Positions 49,810 to 60,656 are shown, numbered from the stretch's first letter. The stretch: 64,000 nucleotides of DNA from an uncultured Methanolobus sp. (GCA_963675495.1 OY776215.1:2144001-2208000), one strand, 5' to 3'. Made by a program: numbers and translations. The notes: generated by a model not told the origin, from the sequence alone.

Positions 49810-49875
49810 GAGGAACAAAAACTTAATAGACTACATCAAATATATAGAAGCCATACCTATTAAAGGTGTGCTTAA

Positions 49876-50697
49876 ATGATTGAGAATATTCTATGGATTG
49901 CTGTGGTTTTTATGCTTGTGGGATCAATAGTTCCCAAGAGTGTAAAGATGCGCAGAGTAATATCTGCAACTGGATGGGGACTATTCTCCATACACTGGTT
50001 CTACCAGCCATTACACTATATTGAGATTAAGGACTACTTCAACGTGGCCCTTGTCATTATAGTTGGAATTGTGTGCCTTATAATAGCATATACTATGCTG
50101 AAAGAATACCATAGTAAGGGTGACACAAGTCCAAGCCCGGACATAACGTCTATGGCAACCAGTGCAACTGCGCTTGGTTCGTTGTTTTATTTCCCCTTTG
50201 CACAAATGGACATCCTGAATGTGTGGATAATAGGCCAGGTGACTGATAATGTGCTGTGGATGCTGCATTCACTAGGAGTGCCTGCCAAAATGCTTGCATG
50301 GAACAAGATAGCTCTTAACGGATATCAGGTAGAGATCATACTTGCATGTACAGCTATCGAAAGCATAGCACTTTTCATAGGACTTATTGCATCTGCAAAC
50401 GCACCAATTAAAAAACAGGCTGCGGCATTCATGGCATCAGTACCTGTGATATATATCCTGAATCTAATGAGGGATGCTTTTGTAATTATGGCTTATGGTT
50501 ATCAGTGGTTTGGCCCGGATAGTTTTGAGATTGCCCATAATACTATCGCAAAGATTGGATCAGGTATTGCATTGTTTGTCATTGCATATGCGGTTATGCG
50601 CATTTTGCCTGAACTCATAGATTTGATAGAAGGAATCTGGCTTTTGGTTACTGGATTCATTCAAAAGTTATTCTATAAAGTAGTAGGAAACCAATAA
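49876..50697 (+). CDS. artA: Archaeosortase A
   Basis: Multi-TM protein with ILACTAIES catalytic Cys, NLMRD, AHN..AK.GS. Confidence 0.88.
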   Translation: MIENILWIAVVFMLVGSIVPKSVKMRRVISATGWGLFSIHWFYQPLHYIEIKDYFNVALVIIVGIVCLIIAYTMLKEYHSKGDTSPSPDITSMATSATALGSLFYFPFAQMDILNVWIIGQVTDNVLWMLHSLGVPAKMLAWNKIALNGYQVEIILACTAIESIALFIGLIASANAPIKKQAAAFMASVPVIYILNLMRDAFVIMAYGYQWFGPDSFEIAHNTIAKIGSGIALFVIAYAVMRILPELIDLIEGIWLLVTGFIQKLFYKVVGNQ

Positions 50698-51306
50698 ATG
50701 CTCGCTAAAGGTTCTTTTCCCTGGATACTGACATCCATCACTGTAAGTGTGGTCAGTTCGCTTACGTACTTCCTATACAACATTCCATACACAGGAAAAA
50801 TTGCATTTTTGACCACATGCGTGACAATCTTTTTCCTCTTTTTTTTCAGGGACCCAGAACGCGAAATAAATGTACATGAAACACATATGATCTCTCCTGC
50901 TGATGGAAAAGTTATGGATATAAGGGGCAGGAAAATATGCATATTTATGAATTTTCAAAACGTGCATGTCAACAGGGCACCTATTAAAGGGAAGGTTCAA
51001 ACAATAGAACACAAGAAAGGGGGATATATACCCGCTTTCTGCAAGGATTCACATCGTAATGAGAGGAATCATGTCCTCATAGAGACCGAACACGGGATCG
51101 TAGAAGTTATACAGATTGCTGGTGCTGCCACCAGAAGAATTGTATCCTACATAAATGAGGGAGAGGACATAATGCAAGGGCAACGTTTTGGAATGATCCG
51201 TTTTGGATCGAGAGTCGATGTGACCATCCCTGAAAACTTTGAGATCGTAACTAAAATAGGTGACCGGATGTTTGCCGGTGAGACAATAATCGCCAGAATC
51301 AAATAA
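50698..51306 (+). CDS. psd: Archaetidylserine decarboxylase
   Basis: FFRDPER, SPADG, HVNRAP, NERN, RFGSRVD autocleavage site. Confidence 0.92.
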   Translation: MLAKGSFPWILTSITVSVVSSLTYFLYNIPYTGKIAFLTTCVTIFFLFFFRDPEREINVHETHMISPADGKVMDIRGRKICIFMNFQNVHVNRAPIKGKVQTIEHKKGGYIPAFCKDSHRNERNHVLIETEHGIVEVIQIAGAATRRIVSYINEGEDIMQGQRFGMIRFGSRVDVTIPENFEIVTKIGDRMFAGETIIARIK

Positions 51307-51320
51307 AGGAAGTAAACCAG

Positions 51321-51977
51321 ATGCTCCATACTTTGAAATTACCCGATTTTGTCACCCTCCTAAATGCATTATGTGGGGTAGTAGCTATTCTTCTTTTACT
51401 GGATGGCTTTACGTATTTGTCACCGCTACTCATTCTTATTGCTGCAGTTGCAGATGGTCTTGACGGTCACATTGCCAGAAAATTCTCATCCAGTGAAATC
51501 GGGGGTAATCTGGATTCCCTTGCCGATGTTATATCCTTTGGCGTAGCACCTGTTATTATTGCATATGCATTTGCAGATAACAAATACATTGTTCTGCCCG
51601 CATTGCTATTTTACTTTATTTGCGGAATCCTTAGGCTTGCCAGATTCAATACAATGGATACAGGATATAATTCTTTTAACGGTTTGCCCATTACAGCCGG
51701 TGGAATTGCCATATCCTCATACCTGCTTATGGGGGAACGATTTTTTGCTGTCAATGTCGTGATCGCCATATCACTATTACTTGGGATTTTAATGATAAGC
51801 AATGTGGCATATTTTAAATTAAGAAACCAAAAGATGCTCATAATACTCACGATTATCTTTGCAGCAACTATCATTTCATACAATGTAAACATTGAGTACG
51901 CACATATGATGGCAACTTTACTGTCAGGACTTATGGCAATTTACGTTGTATCACCCATAATCAAAAGAACTAAATGA
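51321..51977 (+). CDS. pssA: Archaetidylserine synthase
   Basis: DGLDGHIAR, GGNLDSLADVISFGVAP, LRLARFN, FNGLP. Confidence 0.92.
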   Translation: MLHTLKLPDFVTLLNALCGVVAILLLLDGFTYLSPLLILIAAVADGLDGHIARKFSSSEIGGNLDSLADVISFGVAPVIIAYAFADNKYIVLPALLFYFICGILRLARFNTMDTGYNSFNGLPITAGGIAISSYLLMGERFFAVNVVIAISLLLGILMISNVAYFKLRNQKMLIILTIIFAATIISYNVNIEYAHMMATLLSGLMAIYVVSPIIKRTK

Positions 51978-51985
51978 GGGAGATC

Positions 51986-52345
51986 ATGCAGCAAAAAGAA
52001 ATAATAACCGACAGGGATAATGTATTTTTTGAGGCAGGAATAAAACTTGGTGCCCTTTATCACCAGTTCACAGGATCGCCTGTCAATCTGAAAACAGTGG
52101 ACAGCCTTGAAAAAGCAATACAGGAAAGTATTTCGGTCCAGCCATGTGTTGAAGATATCAGGGTTTCTATCAATAGGGACATGATCCGATCCAAACTAAA
52201 CAGTGAGTATGGTTATTGTGAATTGGAAGGACGCATGCTGGATGTCAGGATCACTGCGAGCTTTAAAAGTGCAAAAGTGGATGTAAGTCTGGCATTTGAC
52301 ACAGAACTTGACTACCCACTTATGAAAATAGAAAAAATCTATTGA
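51986..52345 (+). CDS. mptD: Archaeal dihydroneopterin aldolase family protein
   Basis: [32 protein letters not shown]. Confidence 0.85.
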   Translation: MQQKEIITDRDNVFFEAGIKLGALYHQFTGSPVNLKTVDSLEKAIQESISVQPCVEDIRVSINRDMIRSKLNSEYGYCELEGRMLDVRITASFKSAKVDVSLAFDTELDYPLMKIEKIY

Positions 52346-53439
52346 TCACTGCAATCCTTTGCTTCTTTAAAGGCTGCAACTACTTTTTCATTTTGTTCCT
52401 GTGTTCCCACAGTTACACGAATAAGGGAATTACCAGCATTCTTGAATGACCTGCAATCTCTGACAATAATACCTTTCTTTAGAAGCGATTCTGCCACATC
52501 TCTTGCAATCATGGGAGCAACATCCACCAGCACGAAATTAGCCTGAGAATCATATAATTTGAAAGGAATGTTCTCTAGCAAGAACTTGCGTCCTTCCTTT
52601 GAGCATGTGATACTTTTTTTTAGATACTCCTTGTCGGAAAGAGCTGCCACTCCGGCCATAACTGCAGGATAACTTACATTGAAAGGTGTTGCTATTTTCA
52701 TATACTGAAGCTTTAGCCACGTTGGCATGAGTCCATACCCTATTCTAAGGCCTGCTAATCCAAATGCTTTTGAGAAAGTCCTGCCGATAATAATATTATC
52801 GTATTTTGAGATCAGATGAGATAGGTTGTGGTCAGCGAACTCAACATAAGCCTCATCCACAAATACAAGTCCTTTTGTTGACTCAAGAATATCACATACA
52901 TCGGTTTCTTCCATGAGTTTGCCAGTAGGGTTGTTAGGGGAACAGAGGAAGATCACCTTTGTTTTGTCTGAAATTGCATCTTTTATCGCTGTCACATCAA
53001 ATTCAAGATCCTTGCCCGGAGCCACGTGAACGGCAACCGCACCATTTGCCCTTGCTACAATCTCATAATAAGAGAACGTAGGAGTGGGCAATACTACTTC
53101 ATCACCCGGTGTTATGAGCAACCTCATAAGGTTGTCCAGAAGGCCATCCATGCCCGGTCCTGATGCATATATGTTTTCTACAGGAAGGCCGGTATAAAGT
53201 GATATCGCATCAACTAATTCTGACGCATTAGCTGAAGGATATATGTTAACTTTGGATGCAGTGGATACGAGAGCTTCAACTGCCAGAGGAGAAGGACCCA
53301 GAACATTCTCATTTGAGCCCAATTTGATAATCTCAGACGGTTCGAATCCGTATTTTTTTGCTATCTCTTCAATTGATTTGCCAGGAACATATTCAGCAAT
53401 TGAAGCAACAACATCCTTGATAAGATCAGGCCTGCTCAA
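52339..53439 (-). CDS. hisC: Histidinol-phosphate aminotransferase
   Basis: [36 protein letters not shown]. Confidence 0.93.
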   Translation of the reverse strand: MSRPDLIKDVVASIAEYVPGKSIEEIAKKYGFEPSEIIKLGSNENVLGPSPLAVEALVSTASKVNIYPSANASELVDAISLYTGLPVENIYASGPGMDGLLDNLMRLLITPGDEVVLPTPTFSYYEIVARANGAVAVHVAPGKDLEFDVTAIKDAISDKTKVIFLCSPNNPTGKLMEETDVCDILESTKGLVFVDEAYVEFADHNLSHLISKYDNIIIGRTFSKAFGLAGLRIGYGLMPTWLKLQYMKIATPFNVSYPAVMAGVAALSDKEYLKKSITCSKEGRKFLLENIPFKLYDSQANFVLVDVAPMIARDVAESLLKKGIIVRDCRSFKNAGNSLIRVTVGTQEQNEKVVAAFKEAKDCSDQ

Positions 53440-54601
53440 GTACGCTCACCACCTGGTCTATCTGTTCTTTTGTAATGACCAGAGGGGGTGCTATACGTAA
53501 TACTGTTTCAGATGTGCAGTTAAGAAGTACACCATTCTTGCGGCCATGTTCAACAACATCCGCACATTTGCGATCGAACTGAACACCCAACATAAGGCCC
53601 TTTCCACGAACTTCAACAAGCCCTTCTGTGGAAAGGTTTGCTAGTTCATTCCGGAAGTATTCACCCATTTCCTTTGAACGCTGAACAAGATTCTCTTCCC
53701 GGATGATTTCAATAGATGCAAGTGCAGCTGCGCAGGCCAATGGACTGCCTCCGAATGTTGCGGCATGCTCACCACGACCAAAGGAAACTCCTTCACGTGC
53801 AGCAATAGCGCCCATAGGAAAACCTCCGCCAATTGCTTTGGCCATTGTCATGATGTCAGGTTCAACACCGAAATGCTCTTTGCAGAACCATTCCCCGGTC
53901 CTTCCAAAACCTGTCTGTACTTCATCGAAGATAAGAAGGGTTTCATTCTCATCACATATCTTGCGAACTTCTTTCAGGTAACCTTCAGATGGTACGTTAA
54001 TTCCACCTTCTCCTTGTATCGGTTCAACGATCACTGCTGCTGTGTTTGGAGTAATGGCATCTGATATTGCCTGTGCATCATTGAAGGGGACAAACTTCTC
54101 TTCTTGTACAAGTGGCTTGAAAGGAGCACGGTACATATCTTTGTACGTCAGGCTCAATGCACCCATTGTACGCCCGTGGAAAGAGTGTTCCACTGCTATA
54201 AAATCTGTTTTTTTAGTGTTGACCCTTGCAAGTTTCATTGCGGCTTCCACTGCCTCTGTGCCTGAGTTGCAGAAGAATACACGGTCCATTCCGGTTACAT
54301 TCACCAGTTGTTCAGCAAGCTCTGCCTGAGGTTTAGTGTAGTATATGTTGGAAACATGCATCAGCTTTTCAGCCTGAGTCTTTATTGCTTCTACAAGACG
54401 GGGGTGGCAGTGCCCTACATTTGTCACTGCAATACCGGCAACGCAATCAATGTATTCCTTTCCCTCGATATCATGGACAATAGAACCCTTTCCGCTCGAA
54501 AGTACTATTGGTTGGCGACCGTAGGTCTGCATTACATATTTTGAATCTTTGTCGAATATAGATTGTGAATCTAATGATGGAGAATTATAGTCCAGTTTCA
54601 A
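53426..54601 (-). CDS. argD: Acetylornithine aminotransferase
   Basis: [38 protein letters not shown]. Confidence 0.93.
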   Translation of the reverse strand: MKLDYNSPSLDSQSIFDKDSKYVMQTYGRQPIVLSSGKGSIVHDIEGKEYIDCVAGIAVTNVGHCHPRLVEAIKTQAEKLMHVSNIYYTKPQAELAEQLVNVTGMDRVFFCNSGTEAVEAAMKLARVNTKKTDFIAVEHSFHGRTMGALSLTYKDMYRAPFKPLVQEEKFVPFNDAQAISDAITPNTAAVIVEPIQGEGGINVPSEGYLKEVRKICDENETLLIFDEVQTGFGRTGEWFCKEHFGVEPDIMTMAKAIGGGFPMGAIAAREGVSFGRGEHAATFGGSPLACAAALASIEIIREENLVQRSKEMGEYFRNELANLSTEGLVEVRGKGLMLGVQFDRKCADVVEHGRKNGVLLNCTSETVLRIAPPLVITKEQIDQVVSVLEQA

Positions 54602-54713
54602 GTTAACACCGGTCCAATATAATATTAGAACTTCTTTTAAATCTGACTATCGATACAAATGAAAAAAAGAAAACAAAAGTGATGTCAGGCTTCTGGTGAG
54701 GTTAACGACCACT

Positions 54714-55061
54714 TTAAAGAATGCGTCTATCAGGGACCTTTATCGCCACATAGAGGTGATAAAGGAAGATCAGAACTGAAAGCTGGAAAATTGTAAGAAT
54801 GGCACCTTTTACTGGGTCATGCTGTTTACTTCCCACAATGGAATTAATAGTAATCAACGCTTCAAAAAGATAAAGCACAAAACCAAATGTCAGAAAAATA
54901 AAATATTTTTTCAGGTCCTTAAAGGAAACGTAAATGCGTGAACGAATGACATCAGCATCTATCTTTAAAAGTAAATAAGATGTCAGCAACGATAAAATAA
55001 CTATGCACAGACGGATTGCAAGATCCATGAAATTGAACATTGAAATAGAATTCATAATCAT
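54714..55061 (-). CDS. Small 3-TM hypothetical membrane protein
   Basis: Three hydrophobic segments; RBS GAGGGA. Confidence 0.65.
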   Translation of the reverse strand: MIMNSISMFNFMDLAIRLCIVILSLLTSYLLLKIDADVIRSRIYVSFKDLKKYFIFLTFGFVLYLFEALITINSIVGSKQHDPVKGAILTIFQLSVLIFLYHLYVAIKVPDRRIL

Positions 55062-55161
55062 TCCCTCATTAACTTATGTGTATCACACTGCATATGCCAT
55101 TGAATACACAGTTTCATCAATGGGTTATTGTGCATTATTATATATAAATACATGCATATAA

Positions 55162-56040
55162 TTACAAATCCAGCTCCATCAGCTCATTATCACTCAAAGC
55201 ATCCTCATCCTCACGCTCAAAGATAATACCTCCGGGTGCACGCATCACACCATCTACGCGAGCGGTCTCATGGATCGTCACCGACTGAGAATTAATCTCG
55301 CCCAGAATATGAGTGCCGGCAGCAACGTATACATTACCTCTTGAGATTATGTTTCCATGAATTACATTGTCTGTTCCAAGTTTAACATCCTGGATGGTGC
55401 GAACGCTTCCATAAAGTGTGGTCTCGTTAGCCATTTCAAGAGAAGTAGCGCGTATGTTGCCAACTAGTCTGCAGTTGCTTCCTATAATGGCATTTGATGG
55501 TACTTTCATGGAGTCCATGGATATTTTGGAGCCGTTAGGGATTATCATGGAATTAAGCCCTATAGATTCAATATCATCCTCAAATAGTTCTCCCAATGCC
55601 TTTTCAACTTCTTCATCCTTTCCAAGTCTTAAGAGCTCACTAATGTAAAGGAAAAGGTAAACTATGACCGGGACAGGGTTCCTTACAACAATCCATCCCT
55701 TTGCCTCAAAACCACCATTGATCTTCACATCATTGCCAATGTCAAGGTCACTTTTCACCACCAATTTACCTTCAATGGTAACAAATTCACCGATATAGGC
55801 ATTCTTGTCTGTTTTGACATTCCCACCTATCTGTGACCAGATATCGATCCTTGCATCGCCGGTAGATGTCAGGTCGCCGGCAAGGGATACTCTTTCCCCC
55901 AATATTATCGAATTTGCAATGATACCGTATTTGATCTCAGAGTGATTACCAGCAATGACATCCCCATCTACGACTATTGTATGTTCTTCCATCCTGGTAT
56001 TGTCTGGAATTACAAAGGTCTTAAAAATCTCCTCTTCTAT
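55162..56040 (-). CDS. Polymer-forming cytoskeletal/beta-helix protein (probable ATA start at 56040)
   Basis: DLDIGNDV.I.GGFEAKGWIVVRNP and beta-helix repeats. A conserved-looking FVIPDNT extends upstream of the ORF-track ATG at 55992. Confidence 0.8.
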   Translation of the reverse strand: MEEEIFKTFVIPDNTRMEEHTIVVDGDVIAGNHSEIKYGIIANSIILGERVSLAGDLTSTGDARIDIWSQIGGNVKTDKNAYIGEFVTIEGKLVVKSDLDIGNDVKINGGFEAKGWIVVRNPVPVIVYLFLYISELLRLGKDEEVEKALGELFEDDIESIGLNSMIIPNGSKISMDSMKVPSNAIIGSNCRLVGNIRATSLEMANETTLYGSVRTIQDVKLGTDNVIHGNIISRGNVYVAAGTHILGEINSQSVTIHETARVDGVMRAPGGIIFEREDEDALSDNELMELDL

Positions 56041-56135
56041 GATTTCACTCTCCGGCTGGGGATTTACTTAATCAAAGTTATTACTATGACTTTATTTCCA
56101 CGTATTTAATAGATATAGATTTATAAATAGTTATT

Positions 56136-56609
56136 CTAAGATTGTGCTATCCCGCGCCTTACATCAACCGCAGGACCTCTTTCCATGCAAATTGCCTCAT
56201 GAGGGGACAATAATAATTGACCAGTTGCCATAATAGAGTCTGATTCGTCAACAATTATCACTTCATCGCCTGCCCTGAGTTCAGGATCAACATCTAATAC
56301 ATGCTTTGCAAAAGCAGTTTTGCCTTTTGATACAAAAGGTGCTGCATCTTCACAGATAACTACTCTTGAGGCAGGTTTTTTGAGCATACCATGCAATGCA
56401 GCCGCACCATCAATGCTGAGTGTAAGCATACCATCCTTTGCACGGACGGTTGCCACATGCTTGCCATTATAATGGACCTGCCTGACACGCTTGGTTCTGG
56501 AAAGTTGGAATGTGACATCATCAGGGAAAATGACTTCTCCACACCCTTTTCCAAATTGAATATCAGCCATTATTCTTACTTTTTTAAGATTTTTGTCAGC
56601 ATTGCTCAT
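56136..56609 (-). CDS. PUA-domain protein (C-terminal half of split archaeosine tRNA-guanine transglycosylase)
   Basis: ADIQFGKG, PFVSKGKTAFAKHV..VDPELRAGDEV, AVDVRRG. Confidence 0.8.
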   Translation of the reverse strand: MSNADKNLKKVRIMADIQFGKGCGEVIFPDDVTFQLSRTKRVRQVHYNGKHVATVRAKDGMLTLSIDGAAALHGMLKKPASRVVICEDAAPFVSKGKTAFAKHVLDVDPELRAGDEVIIVDESDSIMATGQLLLSPHEAICMERGPAVDVRRGIAQS

Positions 56610-56747
56610 AGATGCTATGATAAAGTATAAGTTTTAAAATGATAGCGGTTAATTGAAAGTAATGTATCCTTTATTTAATAGAGTTCACTATAAATGGTAT
56701 ATAAAGAATATCGAACAGATTTATATATAATAATAGCTAATTATAAG

Positions 56748-56876
56748 TTGAGGAAACGGGAACAACTGCTTGTAACTGTATTCAAAGGTATAGTAACTAT
56801 AACCAAGCAAAACCATTCATCCCCTCAAACATGGCCCCGTTTCCTCGTTGCTCAATAATAGAGCCAAATTATTTTT
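56748..56876 (+). ncRNA. Candidate structured small RNA
   Basis: TATA TTTATATA at 56720-56727. 11-bp terminal stem GAGGAAACGGG (56750-60) / CCCGTTTCCTC (56836-46), nested inner stems, then a 3' hairpin and T-tract. Strand is inferred. Confidence 0.5.
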
Positions 56877-56956
56877 CAAGATAATTATTTCCCGTTAGTT
56901 ATATCTTTTTTACATCGGAACCATGGAACAAAAAAATAAAAGGGGACTAACAGATG

Positions 56957-58426
56957 TTAACCTTTAACGACTCCCATGGGAAGAACACGTGCAACCTTTG
57001 TGGCAATCCCAAGTTTGTGCACAACATCAACAACATCACTACTGGATTTATACACTGCTGGTGCTTCTTCGGCTATGAGTGAAGGCTGATTTGCCTTGAC
57101 AATTATTCCCTGTGACTTCAACTCTTTCTGAATCTCTTCACCTCGCAGCTCCTGTTTTGCACTCTTACGACTCATGACCCTTCCGGCACCATGACAGGCA
57201 CTGCCAAATGTGAGTTCCATTGCAGCGGGGCCACCTTTTAGAACATAGGATGCAGTGCCCATACTCCCGGGAATTATGACAGGTTGACCTATGTCACGAT
57301 AATCTTCGGGGACTTCCGGATGACCTGCCGGAAATGCACGTGTGGCACCTTTCCTGTGAACATATACCTCTTTTTCCTCGCCATCAATACTGTGTTTCTC
57401 GAGCTTTGCAACATTATGAGCAACATCATAGACAAGATCAAGTCCAAGGTCACCATGTTCAGCTTTGAAGAAACTATCAAACACCTCACGTGCCCAGTGC
57501 ATTATCACCTGACGGTTGACCCATGCATAGTTTGCTGCACATGTCATTGCTTTGAAATAATCCTGTGCTTCCTCCGACCCCGCAGGAGCGCATGCGAGCT
57601 GTTTATCCGGAAGTGCTATCTTATACTTTTTTGAAGCCTGGGTAAGTACCTGCAGGTGGTCTGTGCATATCTGATGGCCTGCGCCACGGGAACCACAGTG
57701 TATCATAAAGGTGATCTGCCCCTCTTTTAGGCCAAATGCTTCCGCTGCTTCTTCATCATATATCTTATCCACATACTGGACCTCAAGGAAATGGTTGCCA
57801 CTTCCAAGGGTACCGATCTGTGGCCTGCCTCTTTTACGGGCCTTTATACTAACTTTTGAAGGGTCTGCCCCTGGCATCATGCCGTTGCTCTCGCAATGAG
57901 TGATATCTCCTTCTACACCATACCCGTTCTCTACAGCCCAACGGACTCCATGTACAAAAATGTCATCGAGTTCGCTGTCATTGACCTTTCTACGGCTCTT
58001 TGAACCAACACCGGAAGGTATGGCCTCAAACAGAGAATCCAGCAACTCCGGAAGTTTAGGTCGGATATCGGTCTCTGAAAGATTTGAGCGTATCAGACGC
58101 ACCCCACAGTTGATGTCAAAACCAACGCCACCAGGACTTATCACACCTTCGTCCTTATCGAAGGCAGCAACACCTCCAATGGAAAAACCATAACCAAGAT
58201 GAGCATCAGGCATTGCCATTGAATATTTCTGGATTCCTGGAAGAGATGCTACATTTGCAACCTGATCAAGAGTCTCCTTTTCCAGAAGATCAAGTAGCGT
58301 TTTTGACACAAATATCCTGCCAGGAACATTCATGCCGGGTTTGAAATTATCTGGTACCTCCCACGTGTTGTCATTGACCTTTGTAAGAATATCATAAACT
58401 GAACTTTTATTTTCCTCTGACATCAT
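56957..58426 (-). CDS. rtcB: tRNA-splicing ligase RtcB
   Basis: MPDAHLGYG, VGFDINCG, GTLGSGNHFLE, HCGSRG, HRKGAT, PGSMG, HGAGR; no intein. Confidence 0.97.
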   Translation of the reverse strand: MMSEENKSSVYDILTKVNDNTWEVPDNFKPGMNVPGRIFVSKTLLDLLEKETLDQVANVASLPGIQKYSMAMPDAHLGYGFSIGGVAAFDKDEGVISPGGVGFDINCGVRLIRSNLSETDIRPKLPELLDSLFEAIPSGVGSKSRRKVNDSELDDIFVHGVRWAVENGYGVEGDITHCESNGMMPGADPSKVSIKARKRGRPQIGTLGSGNHFLEVQYVDKIYDEEAAEAFGLKEGQITFMIHCGSRGAGHQICTDHLQVLTQASKKYKIALPDKQLACAPAGSEEAQDYFKAMTCAANYAWVNRQVIMHWAREVFDSFFKAEHGDLGLDLVYDVAHNVAKLEKHSIDGEEKEVYVHRKGATRAFPAGHPEVPEDYRDIGQPVIIPGSMGTASYVLKGGPAAMELTFGSACHGAGRVMSRKSAKQELRGEEIQKELKSQGIIVKANQPSLIAEEAPAVYKSSSDVVDVVHKLGIATKVARVLPMGVVKG

Positions 58427-58535
58427 TATTCCTCTTGCCAAATTCTTCCTATAAACTATCTATAGGGGCTATATGCTCTAATCTTATGAATACATTGATA
58501 ATAATAACAGGCGGTATTAACAAATACAGATAGAT

Positions 58536-58979
58536 TCAGGTGTCTACTGTTGCCTGTATCATCCAGCCTTCGTCTGTTTTTTCAATTTTCATCTCGTTGT
58601 ATGTGGCTGCTTTTACTTCGGTGTCAAATACATGAACAGAAAGGTCCATTGCTTCCCCATTTAGAGTTGCAGACATGGAACATTCTCCATCGCTGACATC
58701 CACCTCGTTGACCATGACGCGACCAAATACCATTTCATCAACTTCAAAAACAAAGAGTATCTCAGAAAGCCAGTCAAAAAGCAGACTGTCGAGGTCAGGA
58801 GAAGTCAGTTCAATATCAACCGACAAATTATTTTGCACTGAACTGGTATCAACCATGACATTAAGCATGGCAAGGGCAGCATTCTGGAAAGCTTCCTCAA
58901 GGGTTTTGCCGTAAGCACGGAATTTGGCATCTGCCGTGTGTTCCAGATACTCGAAATCCTTGTTCATATGAAGTGACAT
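58536..58979 (-). CDS. Archease
   Basis: FEYLEHTAD, EVKAATY, C-terminal VDT; directly upstream of rtcB. Confidence 0.93.
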   Translation of the reverse strand: MSLHMNKDFEYLEHTADAKFRAYGKTLEEAFQNAALAMLNVMVDTSSVQNNLSVDIELTSPDLDSLLFDWLSEILFVFEVDEMVFGRVMVNEVDVSDGECSMSATLNGEAMDLSVHVFDTEVKAATYNEMKIEKTDEGWMIQATVDT

Positions 58980-59040
58980 GAACCTTAATTGATTCTTGTA
59001 TAATTAAATCAGTCCCCCGGCAAGTGGGTGTTTGCCTGCA

Positions 59041-59652
59041 TTATTCGAGCTGCTTCCAGATATGAGCTATACGCTGGAACGCTGTTATATGGCTTCCAAC
59101 ACCGATGATGATGATCATCCAACCAAGTGATGAGAAACCGTATATTGTGAATGGATATGCAAAATAGATAACTGAAGCGAGTATTATGAGCACCAGCCTG
59201 TCAGCTCTTCCGATTATACCACCGTAGTACCTTCCAAGATGAAGTGCCTGCGCCTGCGTACCAAGATAACTTGTAAGCAATATACCCACTATGGCTACGA
59301 CGCCTATCTGCCAGTCCACATAGCCACCAAAGAAGATACCACAAATTATGAATACATCAGAATAACGATCAATGACGTGGTCGAGGAAGTCACCTTTGGC
59401 ACTGGCTACGTTGAGATAGCGTGCCATAAGACCATCCATTGCATCAAGTAGGGAGTTAAGTGCAACCAGTGACCCCGCGACTAATACAAGAAGAGGGTCA
59501 AACGATGAGTAGTAGTAAAAAAAACCTGCTAATGCGGCAAACAAAAGCGAGAACATTGATATTGCATTTGGAGAAATGCCTGCATCTGCCGTTATCTTTG
59601 CCAGCGGCTCAAGTATTTTTGATGCTACGGGTCTTAGGGCATTGAATGTCAT
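59041..59652 (-). CDS. CDP-alcohol phosphatidyltransferase (archaetidylinositol-phosphate/archaetidylglycerol-phosphate synthase type)
   Basis: SPN, DAMDGLMAR...GDFLDHVIDRYSD, GRADR; start 59652 or 59667. Confidence 0.88.
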   Translation of the reverse strand: MTFNALRPVASKILEPLAKITADAGISPNAISMFSLLFAALAGFFYYYSSFDPLLVLVAGSLVALNSLLDAMDGLMARYLNVASAKGDFLDHVIDRYSDVFIICGIFFGGYVDWQIGVVAIVGILLTSYLGTQAQALHLGRYYGGIIGRADRLVLIILASVIYFAYPFTIYGFSSLGWMIIIIGVGSHITAFQRIAHIWKQLE

Positions 59653-59710
59653 GAGTATTGTGTCCAATGAGCATTTTTATGATTTAACGTTTTCCGGGGA
59701 TTTGACTAAA

Positions 59711-60265
59711 TTAGTTTTTCTTTGCGAGGTCATACCAGTATTTGATCTTACATGAATGCTCTACCTGAGTTGTTAATATGTATGCCTCATCAAGAATCTT
59801 CCCAATAGTGAAGGTACCATGGCTGTAAATTATGGATGTTTTGTGTGATGCAAGGGACGTAGCGAGATTCTGCGCAAGTTCATTGGAACCAATCCCGCCT
59901 TTGACAATGGGCACTTCACCAAGGAAATACTGACCCTCACTGTCCGCAGGGGTGATAATATCATCTTCTGCAAGTAGAGAGAGAGTTACTGCAAAAGGAC
60001 AGTGTGCATGAACTATGGCAAGTGCCGGAGTGTTCCTGTATATTGCCCGGTGGACAATGGTTTCTGAGGATGCGATCATATCAAGGGCACATGATTCATC
60101 AAGGCTCACCTCTACAACGCCACCCTGTGTGATCTCATCCAGAGCGCAACCGCTTCGTGTGATCAGCATACGGTTGCCAACTCTCACGCTGATGTTACCA
60201 AAGTGGGATTCCACCAGCCCGTTTTCCACAAGTTTTTTTCCAATCCTTGATATTTCACGCCACAT
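59711..60265 (-). CDS. Class II aldolase/adducin family (fuculose-phosphate-aldolase-like)
   Basis: GNISVR, ITRSG, SSE..VH, VHAH, HG. Confidence 0.88.
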   Translation of the reverse strand: MWREISRIGKKLVENGLVESHFGNISVRVGNRMLITRSGCALDEITQGGVVEVSLDESCALDMIASSETIVHRAIYRNTPALAIVHAHCPFAVTLSLLAEDDIITPADSEGQYFLGEVPIVKGGIGSNELAQNLATSLASHKTSIIYSHGTFTIGKILDEAYILTTQVEHSCKIKYWYDLAKKN

Positions 60266-60363
60266 AGGACATCTCCTTACAGGGTGCTACCATAAAATTT
60301 ATCTGCTATTATGATATGTAAGGGAATGCTTTCCATAAATAGATGTGGAGTGAGCATCTCAGC

Positions 60364-60437
60364 GCCTCGATGGCTCAGCCCGGCAGAGCGAGTGATTTGT
60401 AATCACTAGGTCGCGTGTTCAAATCACGCTCGAGGCT
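60364..60437 (+). tRNA. tRNA-Thr(UGU), intronless, CCA not encoded
   Basis: Acceptor stem GCCTCGA/TCGAGGC, anticodon stem AGTGA/TCACT with loop TT-TGT-AA, T-arm GTTCAAATC, followed by T-tracts. Confidence 0.95.
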
Positions 60438-60656
60438 TTTTATTACTTTTTTAGAAATGTACTTATTATGTCCAGTGTGGCATTTATCCCCTCTTTGATT
60501 GTGATTATATTGCCAAACATTAATTCCAGTACGTAGTGATTTTTAATAAGGGTATATTTGTGATAAAACCTAGTGATCATTCAATGAAGTAAAATGCCGT
60601 GTCTGTAAACCCGAACCTGGCACTAATAAAAAAGATAAAAAGATACTAATTATCGC

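Noticed and set aside
56957-58426. Inteins in rtcB (also checked nrdD and cdc6)
   Set aside because: Lengths are normal, motifs are contiguous, and there are no C...HN splice junctions.
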